DNA from: Eledone cirrhosa
Lineage: Eukaryota
NCBI GenBank assembly: GCA_964016885.1
Contig: OZ024744.1
Span: forward strand, 109,678,001 to 109,742,000
DNA length: 64,000 nt
Reading direction: 5' to 3'
The notes beneath the pieces are model-generated. The model ran no database searches and was not told the origin of the DNA. It was given only the letters and a program-made list of their open reading frames with translations. The position numbers were made by a program, and so were the translations under genes. This document shows positions 1-15,000 of this stretch, in pieces (the first letter of the stretch is position 1; each line of letters begins with the position of its first letter).

Positions 1-888
1 TGAACCAATACAGGGAACTAGAGAAATAATATCAGACTGAACCAATACAGGGAAATAGAGAAATAATGTCAGACTGAACCAATACAGGGAACTAGAGAAA
101 TAATATCAGACTGAACCAATACAGGGAAATAGAGAAATAATATCAGACTGAACCAATACAGGGAAATAGAGAAATAATATCAGACTGAACCAATACAGGG
201 AACTAGAGAAATAATATCAGACTGAACCAATACAGGAAACTAGAGAAATAATATTAGACTGAACCAATAGAGGGAACTAGAGAAATAATATCAGACTGAA
301 CCAATACAGTGAATTAGAGAAATAATATCAGACTGAACCAATAGAGGGAACTAGAGAAATAATATCAGACTGAACCAATAGAGGGAACTAGAGAAATAAT
401 ATCAGACTGAACCAATACAGTGAACTAGAGAAATAATATCAGACTGAACCAATAGAGGGAACTAGAGAAATAATATCAGACTGAACCAATAGAGGGAACT
501 AGAGAAATAATATCAGACTGAACCAATACAGGGAACTAGAGAAATAATATCAGACTGAACCAATACAGAGAACTAGAGAAATAATATCAGACTGAACCAA
601 TACAGGGAACTAGAGAAATAATATCAGACTGAACCAATACAGGGAACTAGAGAAATAATATCAGACTGAACCAATACAGGGAACTAGAGAAATAATATCA
701 GACTGAACCAATACAGGGAACTAGAGAAATAATATCAGACTGAACCAATACAGGGGACTAGAGAAATAATATCAGACTGAACCAATACAGGGAACTAGAG
801 AAATAATATCAGACTGAACCAATACAGGGAACTAGAGAATTAATATCAGACTGAACCAATACAGGGAACTAGAGAAATAATATCAGAC

Positions 889-3034
889 TGAACCAATACA
901 GGGAACTTGAGAAATAATATCAGACTGAACCAATACAGGGAACTAGAGAAATAATATCAGACTGAACAAATACAGGGAACTTGAGAAATAATATCAGACT
1001 GAACCAATACAGGGAACTAGAGAAATAATATCAGACTGAACAAATACAGGGAACTTGAGAAATAATATCAGACTGAACCAATACAGGGAACTAGAGAAAT
1101 AATATCAGACTGAACAAATACAGGGAACTTGAGAAATAATATCAGACTGAACCAATACAGGGAACTAGAGAAATAATATCAGACTGAACAAATACAGGGA
1201 ACTTGAGAAATAATATCAGACTGAACCAATAGAGGGAACTAGAGAAATAATATCAGACTGAACCAATACAGGGAACTAGAGAAATAATATCAGACTGAAC
1301 CAATACAGGGAACTAGAGAAATAATATCAGACTGAACCAATACAGGGAACTAGAGAAATAATATCAGACTGAACCAATACAGGGAACTAGAGAAATAATA
1401 TCAGACTGAACCAATACAGGGAACTAGAGAAATAATATCAGACTGAACCAATACAGGGAACTAGAGAAATAATATCAGACTGAACCAATAGAGGGAACTA
1501 GAGAAATAATATCAGACTGAACCAATACAGGGAACTAGAGAAATAATATCAGACTGAACCAATACAGGGAAATAGAGAAATAATATCAGACTGAACCAAT
1601 ACAGGGAACTAGAGAAATAATATCAGACTGAACCAACACAGGGAAATAGAGAAATAATATCAGACTGAACCAATACAGGAAACTAGAGAAATAATATCAG
1701 ACTGAACCAATAGAGGGAATTAGAGAAATAATATCAGACTGAACCAATAGAGAGAACTAGAGAAATAATATCAGACTGAACCAATAGAGGGAACTAGAGA
1801 AATAATATCAGACTGAACCAATACAGTGAACTAGAGAAATAATATCAGACTGAACCAATAGAGGGAACTAGAGAAATAATATCAGACTGAACCAATACAG
1901 GGAACTAGAGAAATAATATCAGACTGAACCAATAGAGGGAACTAGAGAAATAATATCAGACTGAACCAATACAGGGAACTTGAGAAATAATATCAGACTG
2001 AACCAATACAGGGAACTAGAGAAATAATATCAGACTGAACAAATACAGGGAACTTGAGAAATAATATCAGACTGAACCAATACAGGGAACTAGAGAAATA
2101 ATATCAGACTGAACAAATACAGGGAACTTGAGAAATAATATCAGACTGAACCAATACAGGGAACTAGAGAAATAATATCAGACTGAACAAATACAGGGAA
2201 CTTGAGAAATAATATCAGACTGAACCAATACAGGGAACTAGAGAAATAATATCAGACTGAACAAATACAGGGAACTTGAGAAATAATATCAGACTGAACC
2301 AATAGAGGGAACTAGAGAAATAATATCAGACTGAACCAATACAGGGAACTAGAGAAATAATATCAGACTGAACCAATACAGGGAACTAGAGAAATAATAT
2401 CAGACTGAACCAATACAGGGAACTAGAGAAATAATATCAGACTGAACCAATACAGGGAACTAGAGAAATAATATCAGACTGAACCAATACAGGGAACTAG
2501 AGAAATAATATCAGACTGAACCAATACAGGGAACTAGAGAAATAATTTCAGACTGAACCAATAGAGGGAACTAGAGAAATAATATCAGACTGAACCAATA
2601 CAGGGAACTAGAGAAATAATATCAGACTGAACCAATACAGGGAAATAGAGAAATAATATCAGACTGAACCAATACAGGGAACTAGAGAAATAATATCAGA
2701 CTGAACCAACACAGGGAAATAGAGAAATAATATCAGACTGAACCAATACAGGAAACTAGAGAAATAATATCAGACTGAACCAATAGAGGGAATTAGAGAA
2801 ATAATATCAGACTGAACCAATAGAGAGAACTAGAGAAATAATATCAGACTGAACCAATAGAGGGAACTAGAGAAATAATATCAGACTGAACCAATACAGT
2901 GAACTAGAGAAATAATATCAGACTGAACCAATAGAGGGAACTAGAGAAATAATATCAGACTGAACCAATAGAGGGAACTAGAGAAATAATATCAGACTGA
3001 ACCAATAGAGGGAACTAGAGAAATAATATCAGAC
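889..3034. repeat. Direct tandem duplication of a 29-monomer block (1073 bp)
   Basis: Rare variants recur at a 1073 bp offset: CAACACAGGGAAAT monomer at 1629/2702, CAGTGAAC monomer at 1814/2887, first CTTGA monomer at 889/1962. The right boundary is approximate. Confidence 0.9.
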
Positions 3035-5180
3035 TGCACAAATACAGGGAACTAGAGAAATAATATCAGACTGAACCAATAGAGGGAACTAGAGAAATAA
3101 TATCAGACTGAACCAATAGAGGGAACTATAGAAATAATATCAGACTGAACCAATACAGGGAACTAGAGAAATAATATCAGACTGCACAAATACAGGGAAC
3201 TAGAGAAATAATATCAGACTGAACCAATACAGGGAACTAGAGAAGTAATATCAGACTGAACCAATACAGGGAACTAGAGAAATAATATCAGACTGAACCA
3301 ATAGAGGGAACTAGAGAAATAATATCAGACTGAACCAATACAGGGAAATTAAGAAATAATATCAGACTGAACCAATACAGGGAACTAGAGAAATAATATC
3401 ACACTGAACCAATACAGGGAACTAGAGAAATAATATCAGACTGAACCAATACAGGGAACTAGAGAAATAATATCAGACTGAACCAATACAGGGAACTTGA
3501 GAAATAATATCAGACTGAACCAATACAGGGAACTTGAGAAATAATATCAGACTGAACCAATATAGGGAACTAGAGAAATAATATCAGACTGAACCAATAC
3601 AGGGAACTAGAGAAATAATATCAGACTGAACCAATACAGGGAACTAGAGAAATAATATCAGACTGAACCAATACAGGGAACTAGAGAAATAATATCAGAC
3701 TGAACCAATACAGGGGACTAGAGAAATAATATCAGACTGAACAAATACAGGGAACTTGAGAAATAATATCAGACTGAACCAATAGAGGGAACTAGAGAAA
3801 TAATATCAGACTGAACCAATACAAGGAACTAGAGAAATAATATCACACTGAACCAATACAGGGAACTAGAGAAATAATATCAGACTGAACCAATACAAGG
3901 AACTAGAGAAATAATATCAGACTGAACCAATACAAGGAACTACAGAAATAATATCAGACTGAACCAATAGAGGGAACTAGAGAAATAATATCACACTGAA
4001 ACAATACAGGGAACTAGAGAAATAATATCAGACTGAACCAATACAAGGAACTAGAGAAATAATATCAGACTGAACCAATACAAGGAACTACAGAAATAAT
4101 ATCAGACTGAACCAATACAGGGAACTAGAGAAATAATATCAGACTGAACCAATAGAGGGAACTAGAGAAATAATATCAGACTGAACCAATAGAGGGGACT
4201 AGAGAAATAATATCAGGCTGAACCAACAGAGGGAACTAGAGAAATAATATCAGGCTGAACCAATACAGGGAACTAGAGAAATAATATCAGACTGAACCAA
4301 TAGAGGGAACTAGAGAAATAATATCAGACTGAACAAATAGAGGGAACTAGAGAAATAATATCAGACTGAACCAATACAAGGAACTACAGAAATAATATCA
4401 GACTGAACCAATACAGGGAACTAGAGAAATAATATCAGACTGAACCAATAGAGGGAACTAGAGAAATAATATCAGACTGAACCAACAGAGGGAACTAGAG
4501 AAATAATATCAGACTGAACCAACAGAGGGAACTAGAGAAATAATATCAGACTGAACCAATACAGGGAACTAGAGAAATAATATCAGACTGAACCAATACA
4601 GGGAACTAGAGAAATAATATCAGACTGAACCAATACAAGGAACTAGAGAAATAATATCAGACTGAACCAATACAAGGAACTACAGAAATAATATCAGACT
4701 GAACCAATACAGGGAACTAGAGAAATAATATTAGACTGAACCAATACAGGGAACTAGAGAAATAATATCAGACTGAACCAATACAGGGAACTAGAGAAAT
4801 AATATCAGACTGAACCAATAGAGGGAACTTGAGAAATAATATCAGACTGAACCAATACAGGGAACTAGATAAATAATATCAGACTGAACCAATAGAGGGA
4901 ACTAGAGAAATAATATCAGACTGAACCAATACAGGGAACTAGAGAAATAATATCAGACTGAACCAATAGAGGGAACTAGAGAAATAATATCAGACTGAAC
5001 CAATACAGGGAACTAGAGAAATAATATCAGACTGAACCAATAGAGGGAACTAGAGAAATAATATCAGACTGAACCAATACAGGGAACTTGAGAAATAATA
5101 TCAGACTGAACCAATAGAGGGAACAAGAGAAATAATATCAGACTGAACCAATACAGGGATCTTGAGAAATAATATCAGAC

Positions 5181-6031
5181 TGAACCAATACAGGGAACTA
5201 GAGAAATAATATCAGACTGAACCAATACAGGGAATTAGAGAAATAATATCAGACTGAACCAATAGAGGGAACTAGAGAAATAATATCAGACTGAACCAAT
5301 AGAGGGAACTAGAGAAATAATATCAGACTGAACCAATACAGGGAACTAGAGAAATAATATCAGACTGAACAAATACAGGGAACTAGAGAAATAATATCAG
5401 ACTGAACCAATATAGGGAACTAGAGAAATAATATCAGACTGAACAAATACAGGGAACTAGAGAAATAATATCAGACTGCACAAATACAGGGAAATAGAGA
5501 AATAATATCAGACTGACCCAATACAGGGAACTAGAGAAATAATATCAGACTGAACCAATACAGGGGACTAGAGAAATAATATCAGACTGAACCAATACAG
5601 GGAACTAGAGAAATAATATCAGACTGAACCAATACAGGGAACTTGAGAAATAATATCAGACTGAACCAATACAGGGAACTAGAGAAATAATATCAGACTG
5701 AACCAATACAGGGAACTAGAGAAATAATATCAGACTGAACCAATAGAGGGAACTAGAGAAATAATATCAGACTGAACCAATAGAGGGAACTAGAGAAATA
5801 ATATCAGACTGAACCAATACAGGGAACTAGAGAAATAATATCAGACTGAACAAATACAGGGAACTAGAGAAATAATATCAGACTGAACCAATATAGGGAA
5901 CTAGAGAAATAATATCAGACTGAACAAATACAGGGAACTAGAGAAATAATATCAGACTGCACAAATACAGGGAAATAGAGAAATAATATCAGACTGACCC
6001 AATACAGGGAACTAGAGAAATAATATCAGAC
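5181..6031. repeat. Local duplication with a 13-monomer (481 bp) offset
   Basis: AATATAGGG monomer at 5403/5884, TGCACAAA..GAAAT monomer at 5477/5958, TGACCCAAT monomer at 5514/5995. Boundaries are approximate. Confidence 0.85.
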
Positions 6032-9000
6032 TGAACCAATACAAGGAACTAGAGAAATAATATCAGACTGAACCAATACAAGGAACTACAGAAATAATAT
6101 CAGACTGAACCAATAGAGGGAACTAGAGAAATAATATCACACTGAACCAATACAGGGAACTAGAGAAATAATATCAGACTGAATCAATACAAGGAACTAG
6201 AGTAATATCAGACTGAACCAATACAAGGAACTACAGAAATAATATCAGACTGAACCAATACAGGGAACTAGAGAAATAATATCAGACTGAAACCAATAGA
6301 GGGAACTAGAGAAATAATATCAGACTGAACCAATAGAGGGGACTAGAGAAATAATATCAGACTGAACCAACAGAGGGAACTAGAGAAATAATATCAGGCT
6401 GAACCAACAGAGGGAACTAGAGAAATAATATCAGGCTGAACCAATACAGGGAACTAGAGAAATAATATCAGACTGAAGCAATAGAGGGAACTAGAGAAAT
6501 AATATCAGACTGAACCAATAGAGGGAACTAGAGAAATAATATCAGACTGAACCAATACAGGGAACTAGAGAAATAATATCAGACTGAACCAATACAGGGA
6601 ACTAGAGAAATAATATCAGACTGCACAAATACAGGGAACTAGAGAAATAATATCAGACTGAACCAATACAGGGAACTAGAGAAATAATATCAGACTGAAC
6701 CAATAGAGGGAACTAGAGAAATAATATCAGACTGAACCAATACAGGGAACTAGAGAAATAATATCAGACTGAACCAATACAGGGAACTAGAGAAATAATA
6801 TCAGACTGAACCAATACAGGGAACTTGAGAAATAATATCAGACTGAACCAATACAGGGAACTAGAGAAATAATATCAGACTGAACCAATACAGGGAACTA
6901 GAGAAATAATATCAGACTGAACCAATAGAGGGAACTAGAGAAATAATATCAGACTGAACCAATACAGGGAACTAGAGAAATAATATCAGACTGAACCAAC
7001 AGAGGGAACTAGAGAAATAATATCAGACTGAACCAATACAGGGAACTAGAGAAATAATATCAGACTGAACCAATACAGGGAACTAGTGAAATAATATCAC
7101 ACTGAACCAATAGAGGGAACTAGAGAAATAATATCAGGCTGAACCAATACAGGGAACTAGAGAAATAATATCAGACTGAACCAATAGAGGGAACTAGAGA
7201 AATAATATCAGGCTGAACCAATACAGGGAACTAGAGAAATAATATCAGGCTGAACCAATACAGGGAACTAGAGAAATAATATCAGGCTGAACCAATACAG
7301 GGAACTAGAGAAATAATATCAGACTGAACCAATAGAGGGAACTAGAGAAATAATATCAGACTGAACCAATACAGGGAACTAGAGAATTAATATCAGACTG
7401 AACCAATACAGGGAACTAGAGAAATAATATCAGACTGAACCAATACAGGGAACTAGAGAAATAATATCAGACTGAACCAATACAGGGAACTAGAGAAATA
7501 ATATCAGACTGAACCAATAGAGGGAACTAGAGAAATAATATCAGACTGAACCAATACAAGGAACTACAGAAATAATATCAGACTGAACCAATACAGGAAA
7601 CTAGAGAAATAATATCAGACTGAACCAATACAGGGAACTAGAGAAATAATATCAGACTGAACCAATACAAGGAACTAGAGAAATAATATCAGACTGAACC
7701 AATACAAGGAACTACAGAAATAATATCAGACTGAACCAATACAGGAAACTAGAGAAATAATATCAGACTGAACCAATACAGGGAACTAGAGAAATAATAT
7801 CAGACTGAACCAATACAAGGAACTAGAGAAATAATATCAGACTGAACCAATACAAGGAACTACAGAAATAATATCAGACTGAACCAATACAGGGAACTAG
7901 AGAAATAATATCAGACTGAAGCAATACAGGGGACTAGAGAAATAATATCAGACTGAACCAATACAGGGAACTAGAGAAATAATATCAGACTGAACCAATA
8001 CAGGGAACTAGAGAAATAATATCAGACTGAACAAATACAGGGAACTTGAGAAATAATATCAGACTGAACCAATACAGGGAACTAGAGAAATAATATCAGA
8101 CTGAACAAATACAGGGAAGTTGAGAAATAATATCAGACTGAACCAATAGAGGGAACTAGAGAAATAATATCAGACTGAACCAATACAAGGAACTAGAGAA
8201 ATAATATCACACTGAACCAATACAGGGAACTAGAGAAATAATATCAGACTGAACCAATACAAGGAACTAGAGAAATAATATCAGACTGAACCAATACAAG
8301 GAACTACAGAAATAATATCAGACTGAACCAATAGAGGGAACTAGAGAAATAATATCACACTGAACCAATACAGGGAACTAGAGAAATAATATCAGACTGA
8401 ATCAATACAAGGAACTAGAGAAATAATATCAGACTGAACCAATACAAGGAACTACAGAAATAATATCAGACTGAACCAATACAGGGAACTAGAGAAATAA
8501 TATCAGACTGAAACCAATAGAGGGAACTAGAGAAATAATATCAGACTGAACCAATAGAGGGGATTAGAGAAATAATATCAGACTGAACCAACAGAGGGAA
8601 CTAGAGAAATAATATCAGGCTGAACCAACAGAGGGAACTAGAGATAGTATATCAGGCTGAACCAATACAGGGAACTAGAGAAATAATATCAGACTGAACC
8701 AATAGAGGGAACTAGAGAAATAATATCAGACTGAACCAATAGAGGGAACTAGAGAAATAATATCAGACTGAACCAATACAGGGAACTAGAGAAATAATAT
8801 CAGACTGAACCAATACAGGGAACTAGAGAAATAATATCAGACTGCACAAATACAGGGAACTAGAGAAATAATATCAGACTGAACCAATACAGGGAACTAG
8901 AGAAATAATATCAGACTGAACCAATACAGGGAACTAGAGAAATAATATCAGACTGAACCAATACAGGGAACTAGAGAAATAATATCAGACTGAACCAATA

Positions 9001-12000
9001 CAGGGAACTAGAGAAATAATATCAGACTGAACCAATACAGGGAACTTGAGAAATAATATCAGACTGAACCAATACAGGGAACTAGAGAAATAATATCAGA
9101 CTGAACCAATACAGGGAACTAGAGAAATAATATCAGACTGAACCAATAGAGGGAACTAGAGAAATAATATCAGACTGAACCAATACAGGGAACTAGAGAA
9201 ATAATATCAGACTGAACCAATACAGGGAACTAGAGAAATAATATCAGACTGAACCAATACAAGGAACTAGAGAAATAATATCAGACTGAACCAATACAGG
9301 GAACTAGAGAAATAATATCAGACTGAACCAATACAAGGAACTAGAGAAATAATATCAGACTGAACCAATACAGGGAACTAGAGAAATAATATCAGACTGA
9401 ACAAATACAGGGAACTTGAGAAATAATATCAGACTGAACCAATAGAGGGAACTAGAGAAATAATATCAGACTGAACCAATACAGGGAACTAGAGAAATAA
9501 TATCAGACTGAACCAATACAGGGAACTAGAGAAATAATATCAGACTGAACCAATACAGGGAACTAGAGAAATAATATCAGACTGAACCAATAGAGGGAAC
9601 TAGAGAAATAATATCAGATTGAACCAATACAAGGAACTACAGAAATAATATCAGACTGAACCAATACAGGAAACTAGAGAAATAATATCAGACTGAACCA
9701 ATACAGGGAACTAGAGAAATAATATCAGACTGAACCAATACAAGGAACTAGAGAAATAATATCAGACTGAACCAATACAAGGAACTACAGAAATAATATC
9801 AGACTGAACCAATACAGGAAACTAGAGAAATAATATCAGACTGAACCAATACAGGGAACTAGAGAAATAATATCAGACTGAACCAATACAAGGAACTAGA
9901 GAAATAATATCACACTGAACCAATACAGGGAACTAGAGAAATAATATCAGACTGAACCAATACAAGGAACTAGAGAAATAATATCAGACTGAACCAATAC
10001 AAGGAACTACAGAAATAATATCAGACTGAACCAATAGAGGGAACTAGAGAAATAATATCACACTGAACCAATACAGGGAACTAGAGAAATAATATCAGAC
10101 TGAATCAATACAAGGAACTAGAGAAATAATATCAGACTGAACCAATACAAGGAACTACAGAAATAATATCAGACTGAACCAATACAGGGAACTAGAGAAA
10201 TAATATCAGACTGAACCTATACAAGGAACTACAGAAATAATATCAGACTGAACCAATACAGGGAACTACAGAAATAATATCAGACTGAACCAATACAAGG
10301 AACTACAGAAATAATATCAGACTGAACCAATACAGGGAACTACAGAAATAATATCAGACTGAACCAATACAAGGAACTACAGAAATAATATCAGACTGAA
10401 CCAATACAGGGAACTACAGAAATAATATCAGACTGAACCAATACAAGGAACTACAGAAATAATATCACACTGAACCAATACAGGGAACTAGAGAAATAAT
10501 ATCAGACTGAACCAATACAGGGAACTAGAGAAATAATATCAGACTGAAACCAATAGAGGGAACTAGAGAAATAATATCAGACTGAACCAATAGAGGGGAC
10601 TAGAGAAATAATATCAGACTGAACCAACAGAGGGAACTAGAGAAATAATATCAGGCTGAACCAACAGAGGGAACTAGAGAAATAATATCAGGCTGAACCA
10701 ATACAGGGAACTAGAGAAATAATATCAGACTGAACCAATAGAGGGAACTAGAGAAATAATATCAGACTGAACCAATAGAGGGAACTAGAGAAATAATATC
10801 AGACTGAACCAATACAGGGAACTAGAGAAATAATATCAGACTGAACCAATACAGGGAACTAGAGAAATAATATCAGACTGCACAAATACAGGGAACTAGA
10901 GAAATAATATCAGACTGAACCAATACAGGGAACTAGAGAAATAATATCAGACTGAACCAATACAGGGAACTAGAGAAATAATATCAGACTGAACCAATAC
11001 AGGGAACTAGAGAAATAATATCAGACTGAACCAATACATGGAACTAGAGAAATAATATCAGACTGAACCAATAAAGGGAACTTGAGAAATAATATCAGAC
11101 TGAACCAATACAGGGAACTAGAGAAATAATATCAGACTGAACCAATACAGGGAACTAGAGAAATAATATCAGACTGAACCAATAGAGGGAACTAGAGAAA
11201 TAATATCAGACTGAACCAATACAGGGAACTAGAGAAATAATATCAGACTGAACCAACAGAGGGAACTAGAGAAATAATATCAGACTGAACCAATACAGGG
11301 AACTAGAGAAATAATATCAGACTGAACCAATACAGGGAACTAGAGAATTAATATCAGACTGAACCAATACAGGGAACTAGAGAAATAATATCAGACTGAA
11401 CCAATACAGGGAACTAGAGAAATAATATCAGACTGAACCAATACAGGGAACTAGAGAAATAATATCAGACTGAACCAATAGAGGGAACTAGAGAAATAAT
11501 ATCAGACTGAACCAATACAAGGAACTACAGAAATAATATCAGACTGAACCAATACAGGAAACTAGAGAAATAATATCAGACTGAACCAATACAGGGAACT
11601 AGAGAAATAATATCAGACTGAACCAATACAAGGAACTAGAGAAATAATATCAGACTGAACCAATACAAGGAACTACAGAAATAATATCAGACTGAACCAA
11701 TACAGGAAACTAGAGAAATAATATCAGACTGAACCAATACAGGGAACTAGAGAAATAATATCAGACTGAACCAATACAAGGAACTAGAGAAATAATATCA
11801 GACTGAACCAATACAAGGAACTACAGAAATAATATCAGACTGAACCAATACAGGGAACTAGAGAAATAATATCAGACTGAACCAATACAGGGGACTAGAG
11901 AAATAATATCAGACTGAACCAATACAGGGAACTAGAGAAATAATATCAGACTGAACCAATACAGGGAACTAGAGAAATAATATCAGACTGAACAAATACA

Positions 12001-15000
12001 GGGAACTTGAGAAATAATATCAGACTGAACCAATACAGGGAACTAGAGAAATAATATCAGACTGAACAAATACAGGGAAGTTGAGAAATAATATCAGACT
12101 GAACCAATAGAGGGAACTAGAGAAATAATATCAGACTGAACCAATACAAGGAACTAGAGAAATAATATCACACTGAACCAATACAGGGAACTAGAGAAAT
12201 AATATCAGACTGAACCAATACAAGGAACTAGAGAAATAATATCAGACTGAACCAATACAGGAACTACAGAAATAATATCAGACTGAACCAATAGAGGGAA
12301 CTAGAGAAATAATATCACACTGAACCAATACAGGGAACTAGAGAAATAATATCAGACTGAATCAATACAAGGAACTAGAGAAATAATATCAGACTGAACC
12401 AATACAAGGAACTACAGAAATAATATCAGACTGAACCAATACAGGGAACTAGAGAAATAATATCAGACTGAAACCAATAGAGGGAACTAGAGAAATAATA
12501 TCAGACTGAACCAATAGAGGGGACTAGAGAAATAATATCAGACTGAACCAACAGAGGGAACTAGAGAAATAATATCAGGCTGAACCAACAGAGGGAACTA
12601 GAGAAATAATATCAGGCTGAACCAATACAGGGAACTAGAGAAATAATATCAGACTGAACCAATAGAGGGAACTAGAGAAATAATATCAGACTGAACCAAT
12701 AGAGGGAACTAGAGAAATAATATCAGACTGAACCAATACAGGGAACTAGAGAAATAATATCAGACTGAACCAATACAGGGAACTAGAGAAATAATATCAG
12801 ACTGCACAAATACAGGGAACTAGAGAAATAATATCAGACTGAACCAATACAGGGAACTAGAGAAATAATATCAGACTGAACCAATACAGGGAACTAGAGA
12901 AATAATATCAGACTGAACCAATACAGGGAACTAGAGAAATAATATCAGACTGAACCAATACAGGGAACTAGAGAAATAATATCAGACTGAACCAATACAG
13001 GGAACTTGAGAAATAATATCAGACTGAACCAATACAGGGAACTAGAGAAATAATATCAGACTGAACCAATACAGGGAACTAGAGAAATAATATCAGACTG
13101 AACCAATAGAGGGAACTAGAGAAATAATATCAGACTGAACCAATACAGGGAACTAGAGAAATAATATCAGACTGAACCAACAGAGGGAACTAGAGAAATA
13201 ATATCAGACTGAACCAATACAGGGAACTAGAGAAATAATATCAGACTGAACCAATACAGGGAACTAGAGAATTAATATCAGACTGAACCAATACAGGGAA
13301 CTAGAGAAATAATATCAGACTGAACCAATACAGGGAACTAGAGAAATAATATCAGACTGAACCAATACAGGGAACTAGAGAAATAATATCAGACTGAACC
13401 AATAGAGGGAACTAGAGAAATAATATCAGACTGAACCAATACAAGGAACTACAGAAATAATATCAGACTGAACCAATACAGGAAACTAGAGAAATAATAT
13501 CAGACTGAACCAATACAGGGAACTAGAGAAATAATATCAGACTGAACCAATACAAGGAACTAGAGAAATAATATCAGACTGAACCAATACAAGGAACTAC
13601 AGAAATAATATCAGACTGAACCAATACAGGAAACTAGAGAAATAATATCAGACTGAACCAATACAGGGAACTAGAGAAATAATATCAGACTGAACCAATA
13701 CAAGGAACTAGAGAAATAATATCAGACTGAACCAATACAAGGAACTACAGAAATAATATCAGACTGAACCAATACAGGGAACTAGAGAAATAATATCAGA
13801 CTGAACCAATACAGGGAACTAGAGAAATAATATCAGACTGAACCAATACAGGGAACTAGAGAAATAATATCAGACTGAACCAATAGAGGGAACTTGAGAA
13901 ATAATATCAGACTGAACCAATACAGGGAACTAGATAAATAATATCAGACTGAACCAATACAGGGAACTAGAGAAATAATATCAGACTGAACCAATCCAAG
14001 GAACTAGAGAAATAATATCAGACTGAACCAATACAAGGAACTACAGAAATAATATCAGACTGAACCAATACAGGAAACTAGAGAAATAATATCAGACTGA
14101 ACCAATACAGGGAACTAGAGAAATAATATCAGACTGAACCAATACAAGGAACTAGAGAAATAATATCAGACTGAACCAATACAAGGAACTACAGAAATAA
14201 TATCAGACTGAACCAATACAGGGAACTAGAGAAATAATATCAGACTGAACCAATACAGGGGACTAGAGAAATAATATCAGACTGAACCAATACAGGGAAC
14301 TAGAGAAATAATATCAGACTGAACCAATACAGGGAACTAGAGAAATAATATCAGACTGAACAAATACAGGGAACTTGAGAAATAATATCAGACTGAACCA
14401 ATACAGGGAACTAGAGAAATAATATCAGACTGAACAAATACAGGGAACTAGAGAAATAATATCAGACTGAACCAATACAGGGAACTAGAGAAATAATATC
14501 AGACTGAACCAATACAGGGAACTAGAGAAATAATATCAGACTGAACCAATACAGGGAACTAGAGAAATAATATCAGACTGAACCAATACAAGGAACTAGA
14601 GAAATAATATCACACTGAACCAATACAGGGAACTAGAGAAATAATATCAGACTGAACCAATACAAGGAACTAGAGAAATAATATCAGACTGAACCAATAC
14701 AAGGAACTACAGAAATAATATCAGACTGAACCAATAGAGGGAACTAGAGAAATAATATCACACTGAACCAATACAGGGAACTAGAGAAATAATATCAGAC
14801 TGAATCAATACAAGGAACTAGAGAAATAATATCAGACTGAACCAATACAAGGAACTACAGAAATAATATCAGACTGAACCAATACAGGGAACTAGAGAAA
14901 TAATATCAGACTGAAACCAATAGAGGGAACTAGAGAAATAATATCAGACTGAACCAATAGAGGGGACTAGAGAAATAATATCAGACTGAACCAACAGAGG

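Noticed and set aside
5-9. CCAAT box in each monomer and a TGATA (GATA-like) motif on the - strand
   Set aside because: Short motifs expected by chance. Flanks do not fit the fuller NF-Y or WGATAR consensus, CCAAT is often broken by C6A and T9C, and there is no gene or promoter context.
2-40. Peptide EPIQGTREIISD followed by TGA, with a possible +1 shift at GAC-TGA
   Set aside because: The common A20T variant creates an internal TGA in this frame, most other variants are non-synonymous, and there is no start codon or known shift signal.
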